Shown: positions 1-13,720 of the stretch, piece after piece
How the letters are laid out: each line of letters begins with the position of its first letter
Numbering within the stretch: position 1 is the first letter of the stretch
The notes under the pieces: generated by a model
What the model was told of the DNA's origin: nothing
Databases searched by the model: none
What the model saw: the letters and a program-made list of their open reading frames with translations, nothing else
From: Felis catus
Taxonomy: Eukaryota
Length of the DNA stretch: 64,000 bases
Assembly (NCBI RefSeq): GCF_018350175.1
Contig: NC_058368.1
Location: forward strand, 157,544,001-157,608,000
Reading direction: 5' to 3'
Position numbers and translations under genes: made by a program

Positions 1-1154
1 TTTTAATCGTGTTAAGGAAGAATTCATTCTATTCTCTACTTATTGCCTTAAATTTTAATTCAGATTTAATACTGAATTTTTATCAAATGCCTTTTGGTAT
101 CTGTTGAAATAGTTCTGGATTTTCTCATTTAACCTATAAAGATGACAAATCACATTTAAGGTTAAGGATAATGAGAACAAACTATGTATTATTTGTTTCT
201 ACAAAACAAATATAGCTTGAGAGTCATGAAGTTTGATGATAAAATGAATACCTATGAAGTCACTGCCCAACTTAAATACACTAGCAATGATCTATCTAAC
301 CATGTGCTCCACACTTATGCCTGCCTTTCTCTATCAAAGGTAACAACTACTCTAACTTTTATGATGATCATTCCTTTTTTTGCTTTCAATAATTTTATCA
401 CATGTGTGTATACTTATACAACATATTAATTTTGCTTGTTACTAAGCTTTATAAACATGCTGTGATGCCATCTGCAGTCTTCTGGCCACATGAGTTTTTT
501 CTGTTGTATACTCTTCCACTGAATCAATATGCAGTTTATCTCTATTAGTTTGCCATTATTCTTAATTAGTGTGAACAAAATTTGGCAAAAGGAGCTTCAA
601 ATTCCCTAAATGTTAATAATTAAAAGTACCAACACACATAAGTATTCATAAGTTAACCAGTATTTTTAACAGTTAAAAAAAAAAAAAAACTCTTTAAATA
701 GAGCTTTGTACCAGAATTCCATCGTAAATACACCTTTCTTCCTTCTTACTACTGAGTTTCCAAGTATAATTAAATCCTATAAAATGTCCTTTGGAGTTGT
801 TTCTTGAAAATCCTTTTGTTCCAAATTCTCAGATGCCACTGATTCTTAGAAAGCTCCATCCTGACAGAATGAGGTATGGATTATTACCTAAACATCTCAC
901 GTATAGCATGTCCCAAACAAAACATACCCCCTGTGCCTCCTGTCTCAATCTGGTTTTTTAATTTATTTTGGGTTTGTATAATAGTCCCATCATCCAACCA
1001 AATATTCACCATAAATATGGAGTCTTGACTCCTGCTTTACATCCTTCCCTAATAAAAAGAATAAGTCAGGGAGGTACTGAATATGCATGTTACAATGTAA
1101 GTCTGACTACATGGTTCCCTGGCTAAAATTTTTAAAAAAGAGGATAATCTCCTG

Positions 1155-1400
1155 CAGTGCTTTTTTAAACCATAGACTGTGACTCACTGGTGGGTCATGA
1201 CATTAATTTAGTGGATTGTGACTATGATTCTTTTAAAATGAAGTAGAATAGAATATATCAAACTACACAGATAATAACTATTGTGCTGTGAAACTTCTGT
1301 TTCAAGTTAGGTGAATGAATACACCTATAGTGTAAAGGTTCATAATGTGAAATGTTTTTTCTTACCATGAATTGTTTCTAAATGTGTTTGAAAGCAGTGA
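1155..1400. mobile_element. hAT-Charlie MITE (MER103C-like)
   Basis: cagtgctttt...gtgggtcatgacattaatttagtgg...gtttgaaagc resembles the recalled consensus. Confidence 0.55.
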
Positions 1401-1904
1401 CTGCAATAGGTTCCACCCAGAAAATAATGAAAATTGTGAACCTTCTCCTGAGAACAGAATGTACATACACACCTTTACACAGACATATTCTTATCATGTT
1501 CTTCATTATAGTGAATGTAGCTATCATAAGAAAGCCTAGGGAAAAAATTTTTAAAGTCATGATTTCCAGACCTCATCACAGACTCTCAGGAAATTTTATA
1601 AATAAGAAGCATTGATCTCCAAGGTAAAATTAAAATTCTTTAAGAAGGTGGGAACATTTGATAAACCTGTTTACCACTTTGCTCATGCTGAACTATTGGA
1701 CTGAATGGCATTTTCTTCCTCCTCTGATCAGCCAATTCCTGGTAATCCTTCAAAGCCCGATTCAAACATTATTTCTTCTCTGAGACCTTCCTGATTTTTG
1801 CTCTTCCTCTTGCTGGTTAGGGAGGTGCTCAACAAATGTTTACATCAATGAGAGAATGAATAAAATGCTTGGTAAACATTTATTATAAGCAGGTGAGGAT
1901 CACT

Positions 1905-2115
1905 GTAGTGATGAGAACAGGCTCTGGAATCAGATGCTAGAGTGGACTGTAGGCTCCTTTATTCACTAATTTGTGTGAACTTCAAAAACTAACTTCAGAG
2001 CCCTGATATGTATACACACCAGGAAAATGAAAGTATCTGCTTCACAGCATTCCTGTGAGGATTAAACTAGAGTAATATATGTAAAGTGCTTAGTATAGAG
2101 TACTTAGTACTAAAT
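1905..2115 (+). mobile_element. MIR
   Basis: ggctctggaatcaga...gtgaggattaaa...gtaaagtgcttag core. Confidence 0.7.
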
Positions 2116-2270
2116 ATTTATTGTAATAAATATTAATTTTAATTGTAATTATTGAAAAATAATTCAAATCTAAATTTGTTTTCAAAACAAGTTACTTTTA
2201 TAAGTAAAGACTTTTAGCTTAAAAACAAATTTGAGATTTTAGCTTCAAATTTTTGTTCCTTCCAGTTTAA

Positions 2271-2476
2271 TTTTTTTTTATTTATTTTGAGAGAGGCAGA
2301 GAGAGTGAGTGCATGCACAAGTGGGGGAAGGGCAGAGAGAAAGAGAGAGAGAGAGAGAGAAAGAGAAAGAAAAAGAGAAAAAATATGTAGGGGTCGATCT
2401 CAAGAACCAAGAGATCAAGACCTGAGCCAAAATCAAGTATCAGACACCTGACAGACTCAGCCACCCAAGTGCCCCC
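2271..2476 (-). mobile_element. Can-SINE (older SINEC)
   Basis: tRNA-like head, CT tract, A tail; TSD ttccagtttaa. Confidence 0.85.
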
Positions 2477-3090
2477 GTTCCAGTTTAAATCACAATTCAA
2501 GAATGGTTGTAAAAATATACTCTTCCCTGTAAATTCTCCAGATTATCTAACACAGGGAGCTAACCATGGAAGCTAGTCAAGGGTGGGGTCAGAAGAGAAA
2601 ACTTTTGAAAAGATTTTATTTAGATAAAATCTTATCACACAACACACAGACACTAAATACTTCCACTGCTCTGCTATAATTCACTGAGTCTACAATGCCA
2701 GCAATTGTAAGACTATTTATGATTTTATGTGCTACCACATAATATAAAATGCTGACAAACTTTGACACAATACTAAGATGCCAATGAGATGCATTCCAAT
2801 TCCAAAGACATTAAATGTTAAAGAAAATCTCAAAACACTGTTTGAAATAAGATCTAGGGCTTGGACATATTCTACTAAATTGTTTTTCTTGCTTATTTAA
2901 ATTTCGACTTTTAAATAAAGCTCTTATAAGCTCATCTTGTATGCCTAGAATAGTGTCTTGAACATAGTAAGAGGTCAAAAGATATTTAAGTAATGCTCAT
3001 GATCCAAATTTAGGGGTGGTTTGGCTGTAAGAACCACAAGGTATTATAGAATGGCAAAATATTATTTTCCAGGCTTAAATGAGTGCTATT

Positions 3091-3296
3091 TAAAAAAAAA
3101 AAAAGTTTAACATTTATTCATCTTTGAGAGACAGAGCATAAGTGGGGGAGGGGCAGAGAGAGAGAGGGAAACACAGAATCTGAAGCAGGTTCCAGTCCCT
3201 GGGCTGTCAGCTCAGAGCCCAACCCAGGGCTTGAACCCACAAACTGTGAGATCATGGCCTGAGCTGAAGCCTGATGCTAAACCACTCAGGCGCCCC
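3091..3296 (-). mobile_element. Can-SINE (SINEC_Fc2-like)
   Basis: Typical body; TSD tgagtgctatt. Confidence 0.9.
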
Positions 3297-5009
3297 AAGT
3301 GAGTGCTATTAAAGTGACAATTTCTGTAACATAGGTGACTCAACTTCACAAGTTTCAGTTTTTGGTGGGAAACAAAAAGGCAAAGCCATCAGTGGCAGAT
3401 TTTATTGACAACCAGATGATGTCAGTTAGGAACAAGAGCTGGCATTTCAAAGTCCTATTTACCTTTGTCTACACACAGTATCTGCTGTGGTGCCTGGTAC
3501 ACAGTGAGTATTCATAAATACTTATTGAATGCAGACAGTAAGCTTAACTCACTGCTAAGAATGCAATTTATGGTATTTGTGGCTGCTTCAGATTTCAATC
3601 ATAGTTCCAATTGCTGCTTTCCAAAGTAACTGCAGTTTGGTGAAGGACAGAGCAGAATGCCTTCATTCCTGTTTGTCATCATATTTCGGGAGGCTTGTCC
3701 TGCTGTAGCCTACATTTGAGTCTGTGTGAGGGTGTGGTAAGCAAGCACTTCGAGATAGTTTCTGCACGTACCACAAAGTCAAAGTCATCTTCCCACCCTC
3801 TGCCATCCTGCACTCTTCCAGAGCAGGGGATGGGCCTGGAGCCTGGTGCCTGTAGTGTTACCCAGCCATCATGTGAGGCATGGATGGTGAATTTAGCTCA
3901 CTGCTCTCCTTCTTTAGAAACCCTGAAGCTAGTTCTTATCTAGAAGAAAAGGAGGGCAGAGGTGTGGCAGTATAAAATATACAAATTGGTCAATTTACAA
4001 TAGCTTCAAACTGTGTCTGATTCAATTATTGCGTGAAATAAAATAAGTTTCTACAATGTCAGCCCATATTCCTGGTGAAATGAGATTTTATATAGGTATA
4101 AGTTTTATGTCATATATTATATGATATGTAAAATTATAATGTTATATATAATATAATATTATATATGGAAGTTAAATATTTCAAATTAAATTATTGTATT
4201 AATATTTTAGTAAATTAACACATGGTTGAAGAGTTATAATTCAATCAAATATTAAAATGCTATCTATTCATGACAACCACTGTAACGTTAAAAAGATTAA
4301 AGCACAACTGCCATTACAAAAAGATATAATTTTAACATCCTTCTAGTATTAATTACACTCAGAGCTGAGTGTATAAAGGTAGCTGTTAGTCAGCAACCTT
4401 TGAGCAGACTGACTAAACACAACCATTGGCCAAATCAGTGGGCTAGCCAAACCAAAAACAGCAGGGGAAAGCAGTCAGAGTACAGGCGTATCATCTAAGA
4501 AGGAATGGCAGTGTTGGGGATTTATTTTTATCTTTGTTGCTGTTTCAAACGGATAGTTATCTTTGCTTCCCAGGTATCAAGTACGTTAGAGAAGGGTAGT
4601 CTGCAGAAAGCATTTGTAGGTGGGTTGAAATTGCCTACTAATTTCAAATACTGTATAATTTAGTTTTTCAGACCTGATCTCCCCAGCCCCGCAAAGAAAA
4701 ATAAGCAATTGACAAAGTATTTCTGAATGCTTACAAGAAAATGCAACCCTCTGTTCTTTAGGGTTAATGACTCTACTGCAAGAGTTTTATAGCATTATTC
4801 AAGCCTTTAAAGTTAGCAGTTAAATGCTGATTTAATCTTCAGAAGGTCACAGTGCCTTTTGGAAGACATACATTTTAAACTTGTTTGGCTGGCTATTCCT
4901 TGTTCATTCCTGGAAACGCATGTGTGACTCACTATTTTACAGGAGACACTACATGGTACTTACAGAAATTATTTTCTATTTTCAGGTCTCCTCTTAAAAA
5001 TAATTTCTA

Positions 5010-5217
5010 GGGGCGTCTGGGTGGCTCAGTCAGTTAAGCGTCCGACTTCAGCTCAGGTCATGATCTCACAGTCCGTGAGTTCGAGACCCGCATCAAGCTC
5101 TGTGCTGACAGCTCAGAGCCTGGAGCCTGCTTTGGATTCTGTGTCTCCCTCTCAATCTGCCCCTCCCCTGCTCATGCTCTGTCTCTCTCTGTCTCGAAAA
5201 TAAATAAAAACATTAAA
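5010..5217 (+). mobile_element. Can-SINE (SINEC_Fc2-like)
   Basis: Full length; TSD aaaaataatttcta. Confidence 0.93.
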
Positions 5218-8200
5218 AAAAATAATTTCTAAATTATGTATGCTAAACTAGCTTCTATTTTCTAAAGCCTCTGGGACTGCTGATTCTGAAGTAACCAATT
5301 TTATTAGAAAATTTTGGAACATTCTCACAACAAATACTGAAGTCTGGAATCCTATTTACTGTGACAAAGTTAACATTATTTCTCACTGCCCTGGGGTAGC
5401 CATTCCCTGGACATGAGTCCCTGAGGCTGCAGCCAAGTGCACTCTGCAAGGCCACCAAAGGCCCATGGGATGTGGCCATTATTTGCCATTGAAAACCTTG
5501 CCATTCAGTTTTTATCTGAATGATACCACAGATTTACCTTTTTATGTATATGTACATAGATTTTAGTAGGCCCTCAGGAATTTTACATACCTATCACCAG
5601 GATGTGATATTTTGCATTTAATGAAATCTTTGTTTAAAATGCTGATTCATACCAATCAGAAATATACACATAAGCCCTATTTCCGACAGTACCATTTATA
5701 TAGAAGTTCTGAATGGAAGGTTCTGGATAAGTCCTACATTATTAATTCTTTCCTGAGTATTAGTGTATATGCGTTTGTCAGACTCTGAGTTCCCTGAGGG
5801 CAGAACCCATGTCTTACACATCCTTGTATCTTTGCACACTAAGCACTTAGCAAAGTACTTGGCACCAGTAAGGACTGAAAGAATGTGCAGTAAATAAGAA
5901 ATAAATAGCACAACAAACCTTTTAGCACAACCATTGATTAGAAATGTGTTTAAAATTAGGTTAGCACATAACTGCATCAGTGACAACTGCCATCACTTAA
6001 AATCATGAGTTCAGTTGCTCCCAGTGCCTTTCCTCTCAAAGCTGTACAGTATACTGGGGAGAACTTCCCCTGATGGTGTCAAGACATACACCGTAACTAT
6101 GCTCTGTCTCTGTTGCATCTTTAGACAAGAAACTTTCAGCAAACATAAAAATACAGAGTGTAGTTTTTAAAATTTTACTGGAACCAACACTTTTGGAAAT
6201 TTTTCCCCTGCTACGTTTGCAGAATCCAGCTAAAATACAAGATAACTGTATTTCTATATTTCTATAAAAATACAAATGATTTGTATTAAAGCTTACCTGA
6301 CAATCAGGAGATGGCTTTTGGAAACCAGGTACATTACAGCAACACAACTCTCTGAACATTATAACTTAAAACACCTTATTACTATAGCCCATGTGAATCT
6401 TTCCTGCTACCTTTTCTGTTCAATTAGAATAATCTATAGAAATTTATAATCCTAATAAACCTTTAGTTATGAGTTTCCTAGGTATCATCAGAACTGTGAG
6501 GATAATTGGTTGATCCATACCCTTCAGAATCCACAAGGCATTTTTGGCTGATTTATTCAGCTCCTGATATTCATGAGTTTAGAAATCATACTCAACTGCT
6601 CCCATAGATATTTCCTCATCTTTCTGAATCCAGAAAATGCCTTCAATGACCACTCAATTTACTGAGCACCCTCTTCCACTAAGAGAAAGGGATGAGATGG
6701 ATTGTGAAAGACACAATTCACATTTTTTTATGATATAAAAGCTGCAGGCCAACTGCGGTGATAAAAATCTAGGTAGTCAATGGTTCTCAGCATTTTCACT
6801 CCTTAACAGCATACTGCTATAGTTTGTTTAATGTTCCAGGCTACATTTATTTAGAGGAAAATTCAACCTTAGAGAACATGTTCAGGCACAAAAATAAATA
6901 TGCTTAAAAGTTAACCTGCCAAGACCTAAATTCTGACCTTCTAAAGACATTACTGAGGCAAGAAAAATCCTATAATTAGTTACTAGGAACAGCAATAGCC
7001 ACGCCGTGCTTAGCATCAGGGAAACGAATTACTCTTAACACTAAATGTTCACTTTTGAAATGATGTTTTAACAGTACTTTAGTTATGTTTCAAATATGCA
7101 TACATTTGACACTACCATGATAGTTCATGTCTATTTCCAATCACATATGATGTAAAAAGACTATAAATTTCTTAGATTCGCCAAATCCTTTCTAGGAAAA
7201 CTTTCAAAGTTTCTGAAACACTGTATTAAAATATAACTAAAATTTCTCATTATGAAAAACTATCTTTTGTGGGAAATCTAAATTTAAACCTTCTTAAAAG
7301 TTCTAAATATTTTCCACATAGGAAAACTGTAAGCATACTTCTTCAGAGCTTTTAAAGCAATCAGCACAGGCAATGTTAAATTATCATGGCTCTCGAGAGT
7401 AACAGAGGAGCACTGTACATAAGACCCTCACATTTGTGGCTCTGCGTACTCCCTGTAGGCTGTGCCAACCCACTCTCTCCCCTGTAATGACTCTTTGTTT
7501 TTACTAAGTCCCAAAAGGCTGGTGAGAGCTCTGCAAAGAGAAGGAGGGGGAAGGGTGGATGGAATGCAGCTGCAGGCTCAGAAACAATGCTGAGTCCATA
7601 TATTTTGTTCCCAGTTAGAATAATAAAAAGGGGGCCACGGGTGGAGGTGGAGGGGTAGAGGAGACAGAAAGCAAAGTAAGCAAGGTAGGGCCAAGTATTC
7701 CATTGCTCTCAGTCTACACCCTCCTGCACCAACACCCGACCCAATCCAATAGCCATTCATTTGGATTAAAAAAGCTTATTTGTTAAAATTCAAACACCAT
7801 TAAGATTTAAACCTATCAGTCATTTACATCTAAGTTATCTTTATCAGTGAACTACACCCAGGCAAGGAATGGAGTAAGGAGAGAGAATGGAGCTAGCAAA
7901 GATACACTGTGGAAGCCTAGACACATGAGACAGGAAAGCTTGGGGGAGGCAGGTAGGAGAATTCAGAAAAGGATGTCCAAGTTCTCAAATAAAAACAGCC
8001 ACTTTTTCAATGGTGCCTGGGGCCTTTTTGGGGGCAACTGGGATGCCAGAAAAAAAAAAAAATTCTTTCTAAGACTGCTAAAAGCTGCATGTGCCTGAAT
8101 CAAGAGTTTGGAAGGCTGCACATGTTGGTTCCTCATTATTCAGTCTAACTTGATGCCTCCCTTCTAAGAAAATGTTCTTGTCTTGCACTTCCCTGGCCTT

Positions 8201-9637
8201 CACGTCCTGATTGGAAAAACAAGGAATTAAGGGAAGAGGCTGATCCCAAACAAGGTAACAGCTGCTAGTGAGGGAAAAGAGCTCAAACGTTCCTCTCTTC
8301 TCCCAGGTCTTGCCCTCTCATCTCAGATAACCTTTTATCTGAAAATACTTGGATCCCTCCAGGGCTCACAGACTCAGGCCTGCCTCTGGAACACCCTTTC
8401 AGATATTAGCGATACCATTAAATTTTGTGAGAAAACTTAAGAAGCCTTAAGTAAACAACCAAAACCAATACCTCAAAAATAGAGTCAGCAGGTGCTAAAG
8501 ACCACCTATGAAGCTATAAAACAAAATTCAGAAGAATGCTAATAATAATTAGGATCCTATTCATGAACACTCAGTTACTAGGCAGAGAAAGAAAAACAAG
8601 ACTTCATTGTAAAGCTATCATGTAGAAGCAAAGCTCTGACGTCCACACACAAACACCTCCTTGAAGTTAGCATTACTTAGAAGTACTCTTAGCTGGTATT
8701 GAATGATATAATTAATCTCTTGACTCTTGAAATGTTTTCAAGTTATGAAGTTTAGAAAGACTGTATTTACATTGAATTTTTGCATTTTGTGACAAACAAA
8801 AATTCACAAATGTAGATCTACAATCTATTTATAAATGTAGGAATACGATCTCTCTCCCTCAGCCTGCACTTTTTTTCTATAGCTCTAAAATCCATTTACA
8901 GATATTCCAAATCTCCATACTATAGTCAATATATAGACACAAATTCAGAAACACATATTAATTTAAAGGATGATTGAGTCTTTATTATTAAACATTAATA
9001 GTAATAATTTTAAAATAATACTGAACACTCCTGTAAAGTTTATCATCCAACATAAACATAAAATTCATAGATGTATTTTATTAGGAGTTTATTATGCTTT
9101 GAAATGCAACAACAACAAAAAAAGACACAGTACTTTGCTTATTCTGTGTATTGGAAAAACTCAAATTTCTTTGTACATTTTGTTTCTTAGTATGTATAAT
9201 CCAAGAAATTAAGTCTACAGATATCAAAAATTCACTAATAATAACAATGATGTAATCAGAACTTGCCTGAAATTAATTCCTCTTATGTTTGGTCAATTGT
9301 GGTAAAAGAAACAAACAAACAAACAAACAAAACGTTTCTCATAATACTGACTCATGTGTTATACTTCGAAACAAGGTAAAAAAAAAAATCCTATTATTCA
9401 TGATTTAGGGGGGAAAAACTACTCTCAATAAGTCTCTGAATTATTTTTTAAATAAATCAAGAAAATATAATTCAAGTGTATTAAAGGTGTCAGAAATTTA
9501 CATTTAGTCATAAAGTTCACAAAATATGAGTGATCTTATATTAAGAGGCACAAATGAAAACAAATTTTAAGAGTTTCAATATAATAGTATGTGAGAAGAA
9601 TATTAGATTTGCTTGCTACATCAGTAAGAGTACTCAC

Positions 9638-9685
9638 CCCTTGGAGCCCTTGGAACTGAATTGAAGGTCGAAAAGGAATTAAATT
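9638..9685 (-). CDS. ELL2: ELL2 coding exon 2 (48 nt, NLIPFRPSIQFQGLQG)
   Basis: Acceptor ...tgtttcttttaatag|AAT and donor GGG|GTGAGT; continues the ELL2 protein in frame after ...QSHK; too short to appear in the ORF track. Confidence 0.95.
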
Positions 9686-12600
9686 CTATTAAAAGAAACA
9701 TAAGAAAAAAACAGGTCAGCCTTGGTTATTGTGTCACAGAACTAAATGTTTAAACTTTAAAACTGTGTATCTGGTCAGTGCTATAGTCTGTGAAAGTATC
9801 TTTTCATTATATACTTAGTTTACATATCATCATATTAAAATGCCTTAATGAACAATACCACACACACTGTTGACATTTCTCTGAATCACACAACCACAGG
9901 TATATTTTGGCAGTGTAGTCAGGTTTTTTTAAATGACTGACACAATTTGGCAAAAAATGATGGCTACACTAACTCAATGTTACATTAAAAAAAGTATCTT
10001 GCTTAGTTTCTAAATATGTTTTTAAAAGGGGTAATGAGAGGGAAGAGCTAATTGGAAGAACTCTATAAAACTCTAACAGGATGCTATAAATGTAAAATTG
10101 AAGTATTTGATAATGAACTGTGGTTCCCAGGTTCTCAACAATTTACCAGAGGTTAGTTACTACTTGAGGGTCAAACAGATGACCAGTTTTCTCACAAGGT
10201 TTTCACCAGGAGAATATAATTTCTAGAACAATTTTTTTTGTGAGCTTTGTCCTCCTCATAACTTTAATATTTTATCATAGAGTTGTGTATTTAGAAGAAA
10301 TGCGGTAATTGTGAATATCTGCTGTAGTCTCAGGCACGATTTCCTGTATCCAAAGTCACCAGTATGTTTCTCTACCAGAATGCTTTTCCGCACTCATGTG
10401 AGGCTAGTGTTAATTTCCTCCTTGACTCTTTGCAACCCAGAAGCTGTCTTCAGCTCACCACTGGAATTTGAAATTCTCTATCAATGTCATCAGTTCTCCT
10501 TGGTCAAACAAATGCTTACTTCTCTCAATTTTCAAATCGCTCACTTCTCTTTTGGAGATCACAACTTCCTTACACTTAGAGACACCAGTCCTCCTGGTTC
10601 TTTTATCATGTCTTTCATTTCAAAAGCAGTACTCTTTGCTTTCCGCTTTCTGGATCCACTCTCCCTCCTGGAGGCTCACCTCACCTGTTTGGTGATGACT
10701 TTGAATCTCTATTCCTCAATTCTCTTCTCTCCACAGCCTAGTACTTATCACTGCCCAGGAACATTTTGCATTAGAAACTCTTAATAACAGCAACACTGGC
10801 AAACTAACTTCCCTTCCCCAGCCCTCCCTCAACCAAAAGGGCACCGGTTTCCTACTTTTCTGGCAAGGGTACTTCTATCTTTTTGGTTCTCTGGGTTCGT
10901 AACGTTAAATTTAATTTCTAGTCTCTTTTCCCTCACCCCAACCATATTCTATTAGGCCATTATACACTGCTAGAATTACAGAATTCTGAAGCATAGATAA
11001 TACAGTCAAGGCGTATCCCCCACCAGCCCTGCATCCCATTAATAACTAAATTGGCACCAGAACCCAGGACTCAATCCTATTTTGCCAGGCTCTTTTTCTT
11101 CTACTACCTCGTGCTCCACACACATCTGCTATGGGAGATTCAAGAGTATGAGGGCCCATTCCTTCATTCCAGAGTTCACAATTTAGTTGGGGAACATGTG
11201 AGAGAATGATTAAATACTAGGTTAAGTACTACTAAAAATTCTCAAAAAAGGAGAAAAGAATATGGGTTAGAAGAAATACTAGAAAAGACAAAGAGCTTAT
11301 GGAAAAGATGAATCTTAGTAGCAATTTTGAAAAAAACAAATTCAAGGAAAGGGAGTGTCCTCAACAAAAAAGCAAGGACACAGGAATGGATATTGTGTGA
11401 GCAAAGGGCAGGTCTCTGTGTGTATACAGAGTTCTTTCACACTTGAAATACAATACAAAGGATGAGAATTGGACCTGCCTAATCTTTCCTTGACCTCAAA
11501 ATTTGTCTTCAGTTTTAGCTTCTATACACTACAGAATAAATAGGACAGTAATTTAAATTTCAGATCTCAGGATTTCAAAAGGTTTATCACCCTGTGAAAT
11601 AACCCTGCCCTAATCTCCTCTATTACTCCCTCAGGGATGGTCTTTAAGTCTTGCCTTTGACAAGATAAACAATTGGAGGGGCTTCTAATTTTTGGAATAA
11701 CAAAGTGAGTTGCTGAAAGAAGTGTTTCAGGGAAAGCAGCTCTTTCCGTCATGTGTAAGAAAGAGGGAGAGAGATGAATTGAGGCTAGGGGAAAAGATTA
11801 GACATCAGTTCCAGGGGATGCTTTATTTAGAAATACTCTGGTGATAAAGGCCTAAATTAGTATGACTTCATCCACAGCAAACGAGATGGTGGAATGAGCA
11901 GACTTTCCCAAGGAAGAATGATAAAATGTGCTGAAAGCTTGAATATCAGGCACCAAAGGAAAATGAAGCAAAAGTGGCCTCAGGGCTCTGAATCTCTGGC
12001 CAGTCAGCCCCAAATTCCCTCATATTAGGCTCTTAGTCTCTGCTTTGAAAACCCCTGGACTGTTTCAGGTCCCTACCACTGAACACCTAGATAAAGGCCT
12101 TCCTTCAATTCCTTCCAAATGCTGCCCATCATTCAAAGAACTAGCAGAAGCTCTCTGGGATACCATCTCAGCATAGCACACAGGCTGCAGTGGGTTCCTT
12201 CTCAGTGGGCTCTATCAAAGCAAAGCAAACTCCTCCACTTGGAAAACAGCCTTTCCATCTACAGGACCAACCAATTTCATCTTCCACTTCCTCTCAACTG
12301 TGCCTCAGCCACTTTTCTCTTTCTTTTTCTTTTTTAAGATTTTATTTTTAAGTAATCTCTATACCCAACATGGGGCTCAAACTTACAACCTCTTCCCCTC
12401 TATTGTTACCTCCTTCCTTTCCTTCCAGATGGCATACCTTCCCAAACACTGTTTTGTCAATCCATAGTAATAACGTATTTAACATTCAAGTTTCAGCTAG
12501 GCCTTCCTTTGGATAAATCAGGAATCAAAGACTCAAATGTATTTAAGGACCCAAGGCACATAAATGTGGAAGAGACAATGTCATGCAACAAGGAGTGGCA

Positions 12601-13514
12601 AGTACTGGGAGAATAAATGCCCATCTCAGAAAGGATTCAAATTTTAAAATGTTAAACCTTTCCCATTCAAACCAAACACTGATGCCACCATTTTGCTAAC
12701 TCTGAAATATGCCCACTTTGAGCTAACTCTCATAAGCTGTTGTTTTTCCAGATGCCTGTGCCTAGTAGGTTTCCAAAACATTGGGGGGTGTATTATTTTC
12801 ATAGGCTGCTTTACTCCTGGTTGTTATGATACAGAAGAGTCTAACACATATTTAACTTATATGTATTTACATTATGCTCAACTGAAAAAAAATCTATTGT
12901 AAAATCATTTTGGCCATGTTCCTTTTATACTACTTTATAGCAGTATACTACTATACAGATATATTTTACAGGTTACTATTCATGATTATATAGACAATAC
13001 AATCACACTTTACATCCATTTGGGAACTTTCAAGAGTAATTTTGACTTTAACCAGTTTTTGTTTCAGGACTTGAATTTAGAACCTAACCTCCTGACATAC
13101 GTATAGCTGTATCTGTCTTGCATGATTCCTCAACAGAAATGATAACTTTCGTTTAGTTTTGTAATGCGTTGGGTAATTTTTATAACTATTGTCTCAAGTG
13201 AGCCTCCTAAAATCAGCCCTGGGTGGTAAGAAAATATCATTGTTACCCATTTCAGAGGGAGATAAATGAGTCTCTAACAGGTAAAGGGCATTACCCATGG
13301 ACACCAACCTAGTGATTAGCAAAGCTGCACTTCAAAGCCAGTCCTCTGAATCCTAAATACAGAACACTTTCCTTTCCTTCTCTTGTCTCTGTTAACAGGT
13401 TACCTTCCAGTGCTGAACATCTAAAAATTCTTAAATGCTCATTCAGTTCTGGCATTTTGTTTCCAAGGAAAATGAATTTCATAAAATCATTAAAATTTCC
13501 AAACTTCAGTTTCT

Positions 13515-13720
13515 TTTTCTTTTTTTTAATGTTTATTTATTTTTGAGAGAGAGACAGAGCATGAGCAGGGGGAGGGGCAGAGAGAGAGGGAGACACAGAA
13601 TCCGAAGCAGGCTCTGAGCTGTCAGCACAGAGCCCAACCATGGGGCTCGAACTCACAAACTGCGAGATCATGACCTGAGCCGAAGTCGGACGCTCAACTG
13701 ACTGAGCCACTCAGGCACCC
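13515..13720 (-). mobile_element. Can-SINE (SINEC_Fc2-like)
   Basis: Full length; 16-bp TSD ccaaacttcagtttct. Confidence 0.93.

Larger units (their letters stand above)
1..9637 (-). other. ELL2: ELL2 intron 2 (partial; exon 3 lies outside the window)
   Basis: Begins GTGAGT after exon 2; I saw no sequence encoding the expected continuation (LVKIPK...) in 1-9637. Confidence 0.85.

Noticed and set aside
5010..5100. tRNA-like A/B boxes
   Set aside because: These are heads of tRNA-derived SINEs, not tRNA genes.
6292..6355. Possible cassette exon in intron 2 (CAG|GTAAGC donor on the minus strand)
   Set aside because: Weak polypyrimidine tract upstream and no ELL2-like coding; isolated donors are common.
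9638..9685. LQG where I recall human ELL2 has LHG (and GAAG vs GTGG in exon 1)
   Set aside because: Ordinary orthologue divergence; the human residues are from memory.
10311..10784. 157-aa + strand ORF
   Set aside because: No ATG start, overlaps decayed L2-like sequence, antisense within the intron, no recognisable protein.
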